From Bacteroidales bacterium (GTDB lineage: Bacteria > Bacteroidota > Bacteroidia > Bacteroidales > VadinHA17), in contig JAGGXD010000142.1 in assembly GCA_021163295.1 (NCBI GenBank), positions 1 through 61,853 of the forward strand: a DNA stretch of 61,853 nt, in the 5' to 3' direction. The translations under genes were made by a program, and so were the position numbers. Below are positions 21,201 to 31,800 of this stretch, piece by piece. The notes below the pieces were generated by a model. It did not search any database and had not been told where the DNA came from. It saw only the letters and a list, made by a program, of their open reading frames with translations. How positions within the stretch are numbered: the first letter of the stretch is position 1; the number at the start of each line of letters is the position of its first letter.

Positions 21201-21514
21201 AAATTTCCTTTACTATCCTCCAGGATTGTTCTTACCGTATTATTTACCAGACCCTTTTCACTATTGAAATTAACAAAATTGTACCCGTCAAACCGGCTTA
21301 CTCCCCCCCCCTGGGTACCAAGCCATAGATATCCCCTTGAATCCTGTATCATTCTAAACACAGTTGAAACCGGCAGACCATTTTCAATTGAATAGTTTTT
21401 GAAATTATTTATCTGCGACGAAATTTCAGTAACAGAAATAAATATTATAGATATTAAAACCAATAGTGCTCTTTTCATGTTTTTGAAATTTAGATGAAAC
21501 AAGCATATATCCAT
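18233..21514 (-). CDS. Sensor protein: periplasmic two-component-regulator propeller repeats + Y_Y_Y domain, TM, coiled coil, cytoplasmic SpoIIE/PP2C phosphatase
   Basis: Many (G)NLWFGT..GG(I/V)..(F/Y)DG repeats. A single TM segment (WWFITIIVVLAIVTIIIYI) is followed by the C-terminal PP2C motifs SGDFYW, ADCTGHGVPGA and SDGYADQFGG. The start is more likely at the MKRALLVL Met (21478). Confidence 0.8.
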   Translation of the reverse strand: MDICLFHLNFKNMKRALLVLISIIFISVTEISSQINNFKNYSIENGLPVSTVFRMIQDSRGYLWLGTQGGGVSRFDGYNFVNFNSEKGLVNNTVRTILEDSKGNLWFGTDDGISFYNGYLFRTISKDDGLSGTLVLKIYEDKNNNIWAGTDEGLNKIEFINNYDSVNIRTYSYIDGLSNNIIFDIYEDRYERLWLAFYGGGINILTFSDSAELQVDKLFRGIIPSDNILSIEEDKKGNLWFGTFDEGVFKIEGFTDSSLGKIRTFNINNGFPDNTVWDILSDNDGNIWFGTDKTGIVKYDQDRFRNYSIEQGYPDKQVLCLLQDNEENIWTGTFSNGICRLMGEHFCHYTEEQGLTNSQIYDIDQDTMGNYWLASHGGGLIKATFNNEKPFFKSYTIENGLPGNYINSIFVTADNNIWLATKENGISKFDGKKFINYSEESHLVNNHVNCIMVDSRGQVWCGTRGGISLLNDKGFLTINEENFELPHNEVQTIIEDIKGNIWVGTLAGLAKIKENSMITFDEEEGLYYKEIYALAEDTQGNIWIGTNGGGLFKYEINSEEEQPIKLVADNSMLRSMNIYSLVFQNDSVLLVGTNMGFDKLVLDKKGEIISVKNYYKSNGFIGMENNLNSILKDNKGNIWFGTVKGITCYKPGLEKINIKPLINHLTELDLQYKKVNWTDYADSLYPWTLLPQSLRLPHSENHMTFKWTGISLSNPENVRYKYMLDPVDKDWSPSRQLSEQTYSGIRPGDYSFMVISENENGIWNEVPVTFDFTIKPPFYQTWWFITIIVVLAIVTIIIYIKYREKQLIREKRILEQKVTERTIEIRKQKNEIEDQKDIIEQKNTDITDSIRYAKRIQDAILPSLQVIKDNLKDSFVLYLPKDIVSGDFYWVKEKNESLIIIAADCTGHGVPGAFMSMLGISFLNEIVDKDNITSPDKILNSLRENIVTALRQRGMETESKDGMDIAVCSYNKKLKRLSFAGANNPLYLVRNKELIQTRGNRMPVAIHVKMDEFTKHEIPIETGDSFYMFSDGYADQFGGPEGKKFKSRKFKQLLVDIQDEDMITQKEILNKTITEWRGEHEQIDDIVVLGFKI

Positions 21515-21546
21515 TTGAAATAAATTAATAAACAGATGAAATATAG

Positions 21547-21587
21547 AAAAAAAAATCCCAAAACTCTGAAGTTTCAGGATTTTTTAT
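21547..21587 (-). terminator. Intrinsic terminator after the caspase-like gene
   Basis: The minus strand reads AAAATCCTGAAACT-TCAG-AGTTTTGGGATTTT followed by further T residues. This is a 14-bp stem (2 G:U pairs) with a 4-nt loop and a U-tract. It lies 19 bp downstream of the stop at 21606. Confidence 0.65.
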
Positions 21588-21605
21588 TAGTCTCAGTTTG
21601 CTATG

Positions 21606-22943
21606 TCAAAAATCTTTTTTGATAAATAAAAACTGTCCCCCTTCGTCGCCGGTATTTTTAATGGGTTGGAAAATTGGCGATTGAACTGAATTATTAACTA
21701 CCGGGATACGTAAGTCGTTATACAGGGTAAAAGCATCAAAGAAACGCTTATTGTTGTTTCTCAAACTTTTAAGAAGATAATAAGCAAAAACCGAATGTCC
21801 TTCTCTTCCGCCATCCATAACAGGTTCAATACCTCCGGATGTAATTGCCTGGCGCGATAGTTTTTCATTTACATCACGGTAATACCGTTCAGTATCTTCG
21901 AAAGGAATTGAAATTGTTTTCCCCCTGAAGATATCCCCGCTGAAACAGGCATCTGAAATAAGGAGTGTATGCTTTGACTTTATTGCGGAAAGAAATGTCT
22001 GGAGATCATTATTTGAAACATATTGATATGTTGATTCCTCAGTAGCATCAACCGGAACCCAATACCCTTTATTATATTCTTTCTTAAAATCCCCATGTCC
22101 GGAATAATAAATAAACACATTATCATCTTCTGTAACGGTACGGGCTAGCCATTCCAGTTGCCTGATAATTTCCTGACGTGTTGCCAGCCTGTTATAGAGT
22201 GTGCGGATGTATTCAAATTTATATTTCGATTCCAGCATTTCCTTGATGGCTTTTGCATCATGGACTGCATTATTAAGAGGTGTCCAGATTCCACTATAAT
22301 CATCAATACCAATGATCAGGGCAAAATAATCGCCAATAATCATTTCCGATCTTTCTTTCGAAACATTGAGCCCTTTTAACGGGTCGCCAACTCCCCTGTA
22401 AGTTGTTTCCGGAATAACCTCTTCCTCCTGCTTTATTCCCTCAACTACAGTAACTTCCGGTGTATACTTCTGTGTTTCAATTCTCATTGCAAGTGGATGC
22501 GCATCTAACCCGTTCTTTTCCAGAACTTCAATATTAAAAAGAACAGAACCGGTCTGAACTTCTTTGGTGGCAATAATAGGGATAATAATATCTTTCGACT
22601 CATTAGCCTGAATATCCCCTACATAAGTGGTTTCATCAAATGTTAATCCTTTTATATCCGTGTTGGTAAGTGATATTTTAACCTGTACACCGGTTGCTGA
22701 TCCTTCTCCGGAATTAACAATTTTAAATGTGATCTCGCTGGTCTCGTAAGCATCAATTATCTGATTACTATTCTTATCAGAAAATGCCTGTTCTTTGATC
22801 TCAAGGCTTGGTAATAGTTTTTTTGTTTCTTCCTGTTCAACAAAAAGTTTTTTCACTTTACTTTTACCAGAGATAACCTTTTCCTGACCGTATGAGTAAC
22901 CTGCCAGAATAATAAGCGCAAAAATCAATATTTTTGTTTTCAT
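21606..22943 (-). CDS. Exported caspase-fold (C14 family) peptidase with an N-terminal beta-sandwich domain
   Basis: Signal peptide (ILIFALIILAGYSYG). The catalytic dyad contexts are intact: YYSGHGD (His) and LLISDACFSG (Cys). Confidence 0.8.
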   Translation of the reverse strand: MKTKILIFALIILAGYSYGQEKVISGKSKVKKLFVEQEETKKLLPSLEIKEQAFSDKNSNQIIDAYETSEITFKIVNSGEGSATGVQVKISLTNTDIKGLTFDETTYVGDIQANESKDIIIPIIATKEVQTGSVLFNIEVLEKNGLDAHPLAMRIETQKYTPEVTVVEGIKQEEEVIPETTYRGVGDPLKGLNVSKERSEMIIGDYFALIIGIDDYSGIWTPLNNAVHDAKAIKEMLESKYKFEYIRTLYNRLATRQEIIRQLEWLARTVTEDDNVFIYYSGHGDFKKEYNKGYWVPVDATEESTYQYVSNNDLQTFLSAIKSKHTLLISDACFSGDIFRGKTISIPFEDTERYYRDVNEKLSRQAITSGGIEPVMDGGREGHSVFAYYLLKSLRNNNKRFFDAFTLYNDLRIPVVNNSVQSPIFQPIKNTGDEGGQFLFIKKDF

Positions 22944-23032
22944 GGCTTAAAATTTTATAACAATTCAGTGTCCTAAATGTTGAATCTAAATATTTCTAAT
23001 CTTTTTATGTTCAATTATTATTCATGTTCTTG

Positions 23033-23060
23033 CCGACTGTTGACTGTTGACTGCCGACTG
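23033..23060 (-). repeat. 4 x heptad array (CAGTCGG CAGTCAA CAGTCAA CAGTCGG on the minus strand)
   Basis: Read directly. It begins 2 nt after the stop of the 23063..23854 gene. Confidence 0.9.
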
Positions 23061-23062
23061 AT

Positions 23063-23854
23063 TCAGAATGTTATTTTTAATGTCATTAGAGGGCTTTTGC
23101 TAATTGGATCGATTGTATATCCTAATTTTGGTACTGTACTATTTTGTTTATACGTTAAATTTTGAGGTTTGTTACCTTTTATTAATAAAATTGTTATATC
23201 TGTCACCCATATTGCTGCAGCGCCGGCCATTAATATAGTGGATAGCTGATTCTGTGACTCAGCATCGCTAAACAATTGGTCTCTTTCATCAATATTAAGA
23301 GATACTTTATAATCTTCAAGACTTTGATAACTTTGCATATTAAACAGTACTGAACCGGCTGCACAGCCATAACCTGCAAATCCGAACAACCAGTACGGAC
23401 CACTTGAGATACTTGTGTTTCCCCAACCCGGAAACACAAGAGATTTAACAAATGCACCACCTAAACTCTTCTTTTTTGGAGGTTCAGGTTTTTCAATCAC
23501 CAGGAGCGATTTGGCAATTACTTCAACATATATTCCTTCAGTAAGTTTTATATTGTCATTCTTAAAATCCCAGGTAACTTGTTTTTTACTTCCGCCTGAT
23601 ATATTACTCCCCACATCCCCTGTCAGTGACCTGGTATTCAGCTTTTTACCTGATTCAGTAACAACTTCTATCGTTATAATAAATTTTTCTCCCGGGGCAT
23701 AATTCACTATATCATAAGTAATAACGATATCCTCACCCACCAGGTTAAAATCAATATTTATAATTCTTGCTTCTGTTTGCCCTAATCCATTTACAGAAAA
23801 CAGACAAAAACAAAACAGAACCAGAAAAATAGTAATAAATGGTTTCTTACTCAT
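23063..23854 (-). CDS. Exported/membrane hypothetical protein (N-terminal Ig-like sandwich, FPGWG-containing hydrophobic pair)
   Basis: 263-aa ORF with a signal peptide. Two hydrophobic segments (WLFGFAGYGCAAGSVLF, ILMAGAAAIWVTDITILLI) follow a PEPPKKK linker. Confidence 0.5.
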   Translation of the reverse strand: MSKKPFITIFLVLFCFCLFSVNGLGQTEARIINIDFNLVGEDIVITYDIVNYAPGEKFIITIEVVTESGKKLNTRSLTGDVGSNISGGSKKQVTWDFKNDNIKLTEGIYVEVIAKSLLVIEKPEPPKKKSLGGAFVKSLVFPGWGNTSISSGPYWLFGFAGYGCAAGSVLFNMQSYQSLEDYKVSLNIDERDQLFSDAESQNQLSTILMAGAAAIWVTDITILLIKGNKPQNLTYKQNSTVPKLGYTIDPISKSPLMTLKITF

Positions 23855-23932
23855 AGTAGCATTTTATCATTTTATCATTTCCATATCACCTCATTACCCT
23901 TCGTCCGCCGTAGCCTTGGCAAAGGCGGATCA

Positions 23933-25573
23933 TCACCTCATTTCCTGAGCAGGCAAATATTCCCAAAAATCATCCAGGTATATGTCATTACTACCATCAT
24001 TGTACATCCCTGTACCAATATACCCTCTATTATTGATAGCAAAACTAACCGGTGCCCAACGGGACTGACCCGGAAAATCCGCCAATTGTTTCCAGTTTTC
24101 TGTTACAGGATTGTACTGCCAGAATTCAAAATTAAAGATATAAGCCTTATTGCGAATAATAAAGCTAACCATTTCGGTACCGGGAGGTCCGGGATAATCT
24201 GTTTTTTGAGACCAAACACCCATTGGATTATCATTAGTATCAAAACCATTATCAGTTGAAAACGGGTCATATTGCCAGAAATCGATTAATTCACCATCGT
24301 TATATCCACTGCAAACATAACCGTAACCTGCAATGGAGAATCCTTCTGCCCATGATATGGCTGTACCCTGGAAATCAACTTTTTGTGTCCAGCTTCCCAT
24401 TGGATCTCCATTTATATCAGTGCCATTTGTACTATCATCCAACGGATCAAATTCCCAGAAATCATTTAAATAAACATCCTGGCTACCATTCCAATAGCTC
24501 CCACAACCAACATATCCTCTGTTGCCAACACCAAATGCAAAGAAACCATTTCTACCGATTCCCGGAAAGGTGGTTTTGGCTACCCACGTTCCCTGAAGAG
24601 GATTAAATTCATATAAAGTATTCCAATCCATGATATAAGCTTTATTCCCTATTGTAAAAGCTATACCATTTACCGGAGAACTTCCTGAAGATAAAGAAGT
24701 CCAGTTTTCCGGATCAGGAGAGAACCGGTAAAAATCATTTACCTCTCCTGCATCACGACCACCTGCAATATATCCAAATTCATTCAGTGAAAAAGCCACA
24801 GCACTATATCTTGCACTACCTCCAAAATCTCCAATCCTTGTCCATACATTTTCAATTTTGAACCTTTGGATACTACCATATTTTATCCCGGTATTATTTG
24901 TTGCATAAGCAACATAGTAATAATCCGTATAAAAGGTCAATCCGGAAATGGTTTTTGAAAATGCACCTGTACTCCCGTCAGAACCCACTAGTTCTTTATT
25001 TACCCCCTGTGGATTCTCAGTAAGTGACCAGTAAAAACCATATTCAGTAACAGCCTCAAAACCAAGATTGTCGATGTTCCCGTTAAGAGTTGCAGAGGTT
25101 TTGCTCAGTATGGTTGGTACCTGTGTAGATAATGATAGATCTGCTGTGCTAATATTTTTTACATCACCATATTTAACTTCATTAGCACCTTCTGCATAAG
25201 CCTGATAATAATAGGTTTTTCCTCCCTGCAGTTCTGTTTCGTCATAACTGAATGATCCTGTTGTTAAACTTGAACCCATCGATCTTTTTTTTCCTCCGCT
25301 CTGTGGATTGTATGATTCAGAAATATAAAATCCGTAATCATTAATGCCTTCCCCGGCATCAATGATAGTTCCATTAAGCTGAACCATTCCGGTTCCTATT
25401 GAATGTGAATCGGTCTGAACTAAGATTTCCCTGGTAAGATCAATTTTCTTACATGTATTAAAAAATATCAGAATTAATAAGCTACAAAATGCAATAAGAA
25501 CTCTAAAATATTGTTTTCTTCTGTTCATTTTTTTTGACTCATTGTTAACAAAAAACAAATACTTTACAGACAT
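23933..25573 (-). CDS. Lipoprotein with two Fn3/Ig-like modules and a Kelch-type beta-propeller
   Basis: Hydrophobic leader ending at Cys (LIFFNTC). An N-terminal module is duplicated (YGFYISESYNPQ.. / YGFYWSLTENPQ..). DFWEY/DFWEFDP/DFWQYDP/FWQYNP blades recur. An alternative start exists at 25528. Confidence 0.6.
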   Translation of the reverse strand: MSVKYLFFVNNESKKMNRRKQYFRVLIAFCSLLILIFFNTCKKIDLTREILVQTDSHSIGTGMVQLNGTIIDAGEGINDYGFYISESYNPQSGGKKRSMGSSLTTGSFSYDETELQGGKTYYYQAYAEGANEVKYGDVKNISTADLSLSTQVPTILSKTSATLNGNIDNLGFEAVTEYGFYWSLTENPQGVNKELVGSDGSTGAFSKTISGLTFYTDYYYVAYATNNTGIKYGSIQRFKIENVWTRIGDFGGSARYSAVAFSLNEFGYIAGGRDAGEVNDFYRFSPDPENWTSLSSGSSPVNGIAFTIGNKAYIMDWNTLYEFNPLQGTWVAKTTFPGIGRNGFFAFGVGNRGYVGCGSYWNGSQDVYLNDFWEFDPLDDSTNGTDINGDPMGSWTQKVDFQGTAISWAEGFSIAGYGYVCSGYNDGELIDFWQYDPFSTDNGFDTNDNPMGVWSQKTDYPGPPGTEMVSFIIRNKAYIFNFEFWQYNPVTENWKQLADFPGQSRWAPVSFAINNRGYIGTGMYNDGSNDIYLDDFWEYLPAQEMR

Positions 25574-25824
25574 TTACTGAAAAGTGAAACAAAAACATCA
25601 ACTACACAATCTGACTAAAGTACACAAAACTTTGAAAATCACCCATAAAAATATAAAAAAAATCTTTTAATATAAAACTTATCGTGTCCCGACTTCAGCA
25701 AGAAATTGTCGTAGCCCGAACTTGAGTCGGACTACGAGGATGGATTTGAATATTTCCCTCACTTTTATTATCTTACCAAGTTTTGTTTACACAAAGTAAT
25801 CTCAAACAGTAAATTTCTTACCAA

Positions 25825-28800
25825 ATGAAAAAAATTATACTGGCACTTTTTACATTTTGTGTCCTGACAGGTTTTTTAAAAGCTCAAAACACCGTTACTG
25901 ATTTCGACGGGAACACTTACCAGACAGTATTGATCGGTAACCAGATATGGATGGCAGAAAACCTGAAATCAACTCACTATGCCGATGGCACTCCATTGGT
26001 TTGGGGTACAGGAGCAGGTGACATTACCGGTGATTATACCACAAAATATCATTTCTGGTATAATGATGATTCTGTAACATATGCAGATACGTACGGCGCT
26101 TTATATACATGGGCAGCAGTAATGAATGGTGCAGCAAGCAGCAATAATAACCCCAGTGGTGTACAGGGTGTATGTCCCGATAACTGGCACATGCCAAGCG
26201 ATTCTGAATGGAAAGAACTGGAAATGTATCTTGGCATGAGCCAAACAAGCACAGATTCTACAGGTTGGCGCGGAACAGATGAAGGTGGAAAATTAAAAGA
26301 GGCAGGTACGACACATTGGAATAGCCCAAATACGGGCGCTACCAACGAAAGTGGCTTTACAGCTCTTCCGGGTGGCTACCGTGACATCATAGGTGATTTC
26401 CATGACATTTTATTAAACGGTCGTTGGTGGAGTACCACAGAGATTGATACCGATCTTGCCTGGTACCGTTATCTGCTCTTCACTTACATCAGGGTAGCCA
26501 GGTACGATAGCTATAAGGCGGGTGGAATTTCTGTCCGATGTGTTATGGATATAGATACATTGGCAATATCATTAATTGGCACCGATATAACATCAATTAA
26601 GGGAACAGATGGCTCAATTGATCTTACAGTTTCCGGGGGACTGTCACCTTATACATACTCCTGGTCAACCAGTGAAACTACCGAAGATATTTCAGGTTTA
26701 TCTGCAGGAGTATATTTCGTTACAGTAACCGATGCCAGAGACAGCACAGCAACAGACAGTATCAGGGTTTATGATACTTTTGTTGATGACAGGGATGCAC
26801 AGGTATACAAAGCCATTACTATTGGAGATCAAATATGGATGGCGGAAAATCTGAATGCCACTCACTATGCCAATGGCACTCCACTAGTTGACGGTACAGG
26901 AGTAGGCAACATAACAGGAGATTATACCACAAAATACTATTTCTGGTATTATGACGATTCTGTAACATATGCAGATACATACGGCGCTTTATATACATGG
27001 GCAGCAGCGATGAATGGTGCAACAAGCAGCAATAATAACCCCAGCGGTGTACAGGGTGTATGTCCCAATGGTTGGCATCTACCAAGTGATACTGCGTGGA
27101 AAGAACTAGAAATGTACCTGGGCATGATCCAGAATGATGTTGATAATTCAGGTTGGCGCGGAACAGATGAAGGAGGCAAGCTTAAAGAAATCGGTACAAC
27201 TCACTGGATTAGCCCAAATACAGGTGCTACCAACGAAAGTGGTTTCAAAGCCCTTCCAGGCGGCTACCGTAACTACGATGGTGATTTTAATGGCATTGTG
27301 AGCTTCGGTGGCTGGTGGTCATCTACAGAGGCTTCGTCGGCGTACGCATGGAATCGGGCAGTAAGCTACGCTGCCAGCAGTATTTACAGGTACGGCAGCT
27401 ACTTTATGAATCTCGGTTCTTCTGTCCGGTGTGTTAAAACATACACTTTATACACAGACTCCCTCGCCCTGGTTGCACTATACGACAGTACTGATGGGGC
27501 AAACTGGACAAATAAATCAGAATGGCTTACCGGACCTGTTTCTACATGGAATGGGATAACTGTTTCCGGTGACCGGGTTACTGAAATTAGTTTGGTAAAT
27601 AATAATTTAGTTGGAACAATACCTGCTGAAATTTGGAATATGACAAATTTATCAAATTTAACTCTTTTTTGGAATCAGATTTCTGGTACCATTCCACCAG
27701 AAATTGGAAATCTTACAAATTTGGAACATTTAGATCTCAAGGCTAATCAACTTACAGGTTCTATTCCACATGAAATAACTAATCTATCGAATTTAGCAAA
27801 TTTAATACTTGCTTCTAATCAGTTTACTGGTTCTATTCCACCTGAAATTGGGAATCTTACGAATTTAACATATTTGGCACTTAATTCTAATCAACTTACA
27901 GGCTCAATTCCAACAGAAATTGGAAATCTTATTAATTTAATTTATTTATCCTTATCTTCTAATCAGCTTACTGGTTCTATTCCATCTGAAATTGGAAATC
28001 TGACAAATTTGACCCAATTGTATCTTTTCAGTAATCAGCTTTCAGATCCTGTTCCATCTGAAATTACTAATCTAACGAGCTTGCAGATTTTTTCCATAAA
28101 TGTAAACCAGCTTACTGGTCTGCCTGATCTTTCGCCTATTGCTACATTAAGCGAATTTAATGCATCGACTAATCAACTTACATTTAGAGATATTGAACCC
28201 AATATAGGTGTTGCTAGTAATTTCTTTTACTATTCACCCCAGGACAGTGTAGGAGAAATAATTGATACAACTGTTTATACAGGAACAAGTTTTACTCTTT
28301 TAGTTTCCACAGGAGGCGCTAATAGCCAATACCAGTGGAAAAAAAATGGGGTATCAATTGGCAGTCTTTCAAGCGATAGTACCTATACTATCAATCCTGT
28401 TACACTTGCCGATTCAGGTACTTATACCTGTGATATAACCAACTCTGTTGCCACGGAATTAACTCTTTACAGCCGTCCACAAAATGTAACCGTTGAGGTA
28501 AAACTATGTGACATGATCTCAAACTGGGAAGATGTAACTCCTCCATGGAAATCAAGTGCCCCGGGAACATTCATTGTGGATACTATAGTAAATCCTGATA
28601 AAACAGGAATTAACCCTTCAGACTCCTGTGCTAAATTAATTACCACTACAGACGACAATGAATATATGTGGTACGACCTGCCAGGTACCGAAATATGGAG
28701 CTTCGACAGACATCCTGTCTATAAATTAATGGTTAATGCTCCAACTGAAGGAGATGTAGTTCTGAGATTTGAAAATTCGAATAATTCTGTTCGTGTTAGC

Positions 28801-31800
28801 AGACAGGCACACTATAACAATCCGGGTACGTGGGAAGAATTAACTTTTGATTTTACAGGGGTTGTACGTGATAGTTTGGTAAGAATGGCTGTTTATCCTG
28901 ACAACGGCGGTACAACTGAGGGAAATGACTGGTACATTGATGAAATTAAACATTGTGACCTTCATTTAAACGCAGGGATTGTTGATCTGATAATACCAAA
29001 CCCAGGATGTGGATTAACGAATAGTGAACCAATAACCGTCTTGATAACAAACTTTGGTATTGATCCTATATCAAATTTTGATGTTTCTTACCAGATTGAT
29101 AATGGAACTGTAATTACAGAAACGGTAACGAGTATTATTGACCCGGGTGATACATTAACCCATACATTCGGTACAAATGTAAACCTTTATACAACTGAAT
29201 TTTATAAAGAATATTCCTTTTCTGCAAATACTATGCTTACAGGTGATGAAGGACCGGATAATGATCAGTATAACGAAGTTATAAATGTGTATGGAAATTA
29301 TACCGACAGAGAAGGGTGGACTACCTACAGTATTTGTGATGGAATGGCTGGTGACGGCGGAACAACAGGAGTTGTTGAGGATGGCTCAGGAAATATCTGG
29401 GTTGGAACTGGTGATGCTGGAGTTAATGTTTATAATGGTTCTTCATGGATAACCTACGATACTGCTAACAGTCCGTTAACATCAAATGCAGTTGAAACAT
29501 TATATGCAGATGATTTAGGTAACGTATGGATTGGGACATGGAAGGATGAAGGTGGTGTATGTAAGTATGACGGATCAACATGGACCATTTATACAACTGA
29601 AAACAGCGGTATTGCAGGGAATGAAGTTGAAGAGGTTATTAAGGACAGCAATGGCAATTACTGGTTTGCAACCTGGAATGATGGTATCAGCAAATATGAC
29701 GGTACAACTATATGGACTACTTACAATACGGGTAATAGCGGTCTGGTTGGTGATTATACAAATGCCATTACAGAGGATAGTAATGGAAATATTTGGGTAG
29801 GGACAGAATCAGGGGCTAGTAAATTTGATGTTACTGGTGATACGTGGACTACTTTCGATATGGTTAATAGTGGTTTAGGATCAGATTATATTTATGCTGT
29901 AAAAGAAGATAACCAGGGAAATATCTGGTTTGGAACAGATGGTGGAGGAATTTCTAAATTAAATGGAACAACATGGACAACATATACAACCTCAAACAGT
30001 GATTTTCCAAATAATCGTGTTTTTTCAATAATGGCTGACAGTAACGGGAATGTCTGGTTTGGAACATTTGGCAGGGGGGCTGTGAAATATGACGGAACAA
30101 ACTGGATAATCTATAATGAAGAAAACGGACTGGCAACGAGAAGTTCTAATAGTGGAAGCATATATTTTTGGGGAGATATTTTTAAGGACAGCAACGGTAA
30201 TATATGGTTTCCTGCCTACAACGGACTCTCTAAGAAGGAACCGGTTAATATTGAAATATATAAAATTGAATATAATTACAGTACATGTAACGGGACTGAT
30301 GATGGAACTATTACAATTTACGCTTTAGCTGAAAACCCACCCCTGCAATATTCCATTGATGGTGGATCTACTTATCAGTCTGATAGTGCTTTTACCAGCT
30401 TATCTCCAGGCACCTATCCAATAAATGTTACTGACGGAGTTAATACTGTATCAACTGATACTGTTGTTTTAATGGATTTCGAAAATATTTCAACATATCC
30501 ATTTATAGAAAATTTTGATTCTTATGCTGTTAATTCAACAAGTTTTGATTATGGCTGGTTTAATGAATCAACCAATAACCTGGACTGGATGGTTTCCTCG
30601 GGAACCACTCCATCTGTGGAAACCGGACCTGAAACAGATCAATCCGGAGGTGGAAATTATCTGTACCTTGAAGCAAGTGGTAATTTCCTTGTGCAGTCTT
30701 CAATAATCAGTCCCTGTTTTGATATAAGCGGTTTGTCAAATCCCAAACTGAAGTTTTATTATCATATGTTTGGAAGCGATATGGGCACATTGTCTCTTGA
30801 TATTTACAGTGGAGGGGCATGGATAAATGATGTAGTAATTATCTCAGGCGATCAGGGTAACCAATGGGTTCAGGATAGTGTTAATTTAGTACCATACGGA
30901 GGTATTGTTAAACTACGGTTCAGGGGTATTACAGGTGATGCTTTTCGAAGCGATATCGCAATTGATAATATAGAAGTTACCGGAACAAGCAATGAAAAAG
31001 ATATACTAACATATAGTTTCGCTGAACAAACCGGTCCTGCAACTATCAATGCAGTAAATCATACATTGGATATTGAAGTGGCACTTGGCACTGATGTTAC
31101 AGCCCTGGTTGCAACCTTTACTATTTCCGCTCTGGCAAATATCACCATTAGTACTACATCACAGGTAAGTGGTGTTACATCTAATAATTTCAGCTCTCCT
31201 GTTACATATACAGTCACTGCAGAGGATGGCTCAACCCAGGATTGGGTGGTAACAGTTACGGTAACGTTAGCTCTAAGCAGTGAGAATGACATACTCTCTT
31301 TTAGTTTTGCTGAACAGACCGGTACTGCAACTATCAATGATGTAAATCATACTGTTGACATAGAAGTTGTTTATGGTACTGATGTTTCCGCTTTAACAGC
31401 AACCTTTACTATTTCCGCTCTGGCAAATATAACTGTGAGTACTACATCACAGGTAAGTGGTGTTACATCTAATAATTTCAGCTCTCCTGTTACATATACA
31501 GTCACTGCAGAGGATGGCTCAACCCAGGATTGGGTGGTAACAGTTACGGTAGCGTTAGCTCTAAGCAGTGAGAATGACATACTCTCTTTTAGTTTCCCTG
31601 AGCAAACAGGTGGTGCAACTATTGATGCAGTAAATTATACGGTTGATATAGAAGTGGGAAATGGAACAAACTTAAGCAATCTTGTTGCTTCTTTTACAAT
31701 CTCAAATCTGGCAACTATTGAAATTAGCGGCACGGCACAAGTAAGTGGTGTTACATCAAATAATTTTACGAATCCTGTAACTTATACTGTAACGGCGGAA

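Noticed and set aside
25686-25740. Imperfect inverted repeat GTCCCGACTTCAG...CTTGAGTCGGAC in the divergent spacer upstream of the giant gene, considered as a mobile-element end or an operator.
   Set aside because: It is a single copy in the window, imperfect, and has no associated transposase or integrase. There is not enough evidence to call it anything beyond a possible hairpin.
31059-31580. Two similar minus-strand ORFs (31059-31337 and 31371-31580).
   Set aside because: Their similarity mirrors the 288-bp tandem coding repeats of the plus-strand giant gene, so they are antisense artefacts. The same applies to 26024-26345 and 26819-27179 within the duplicated FISUMP domains.
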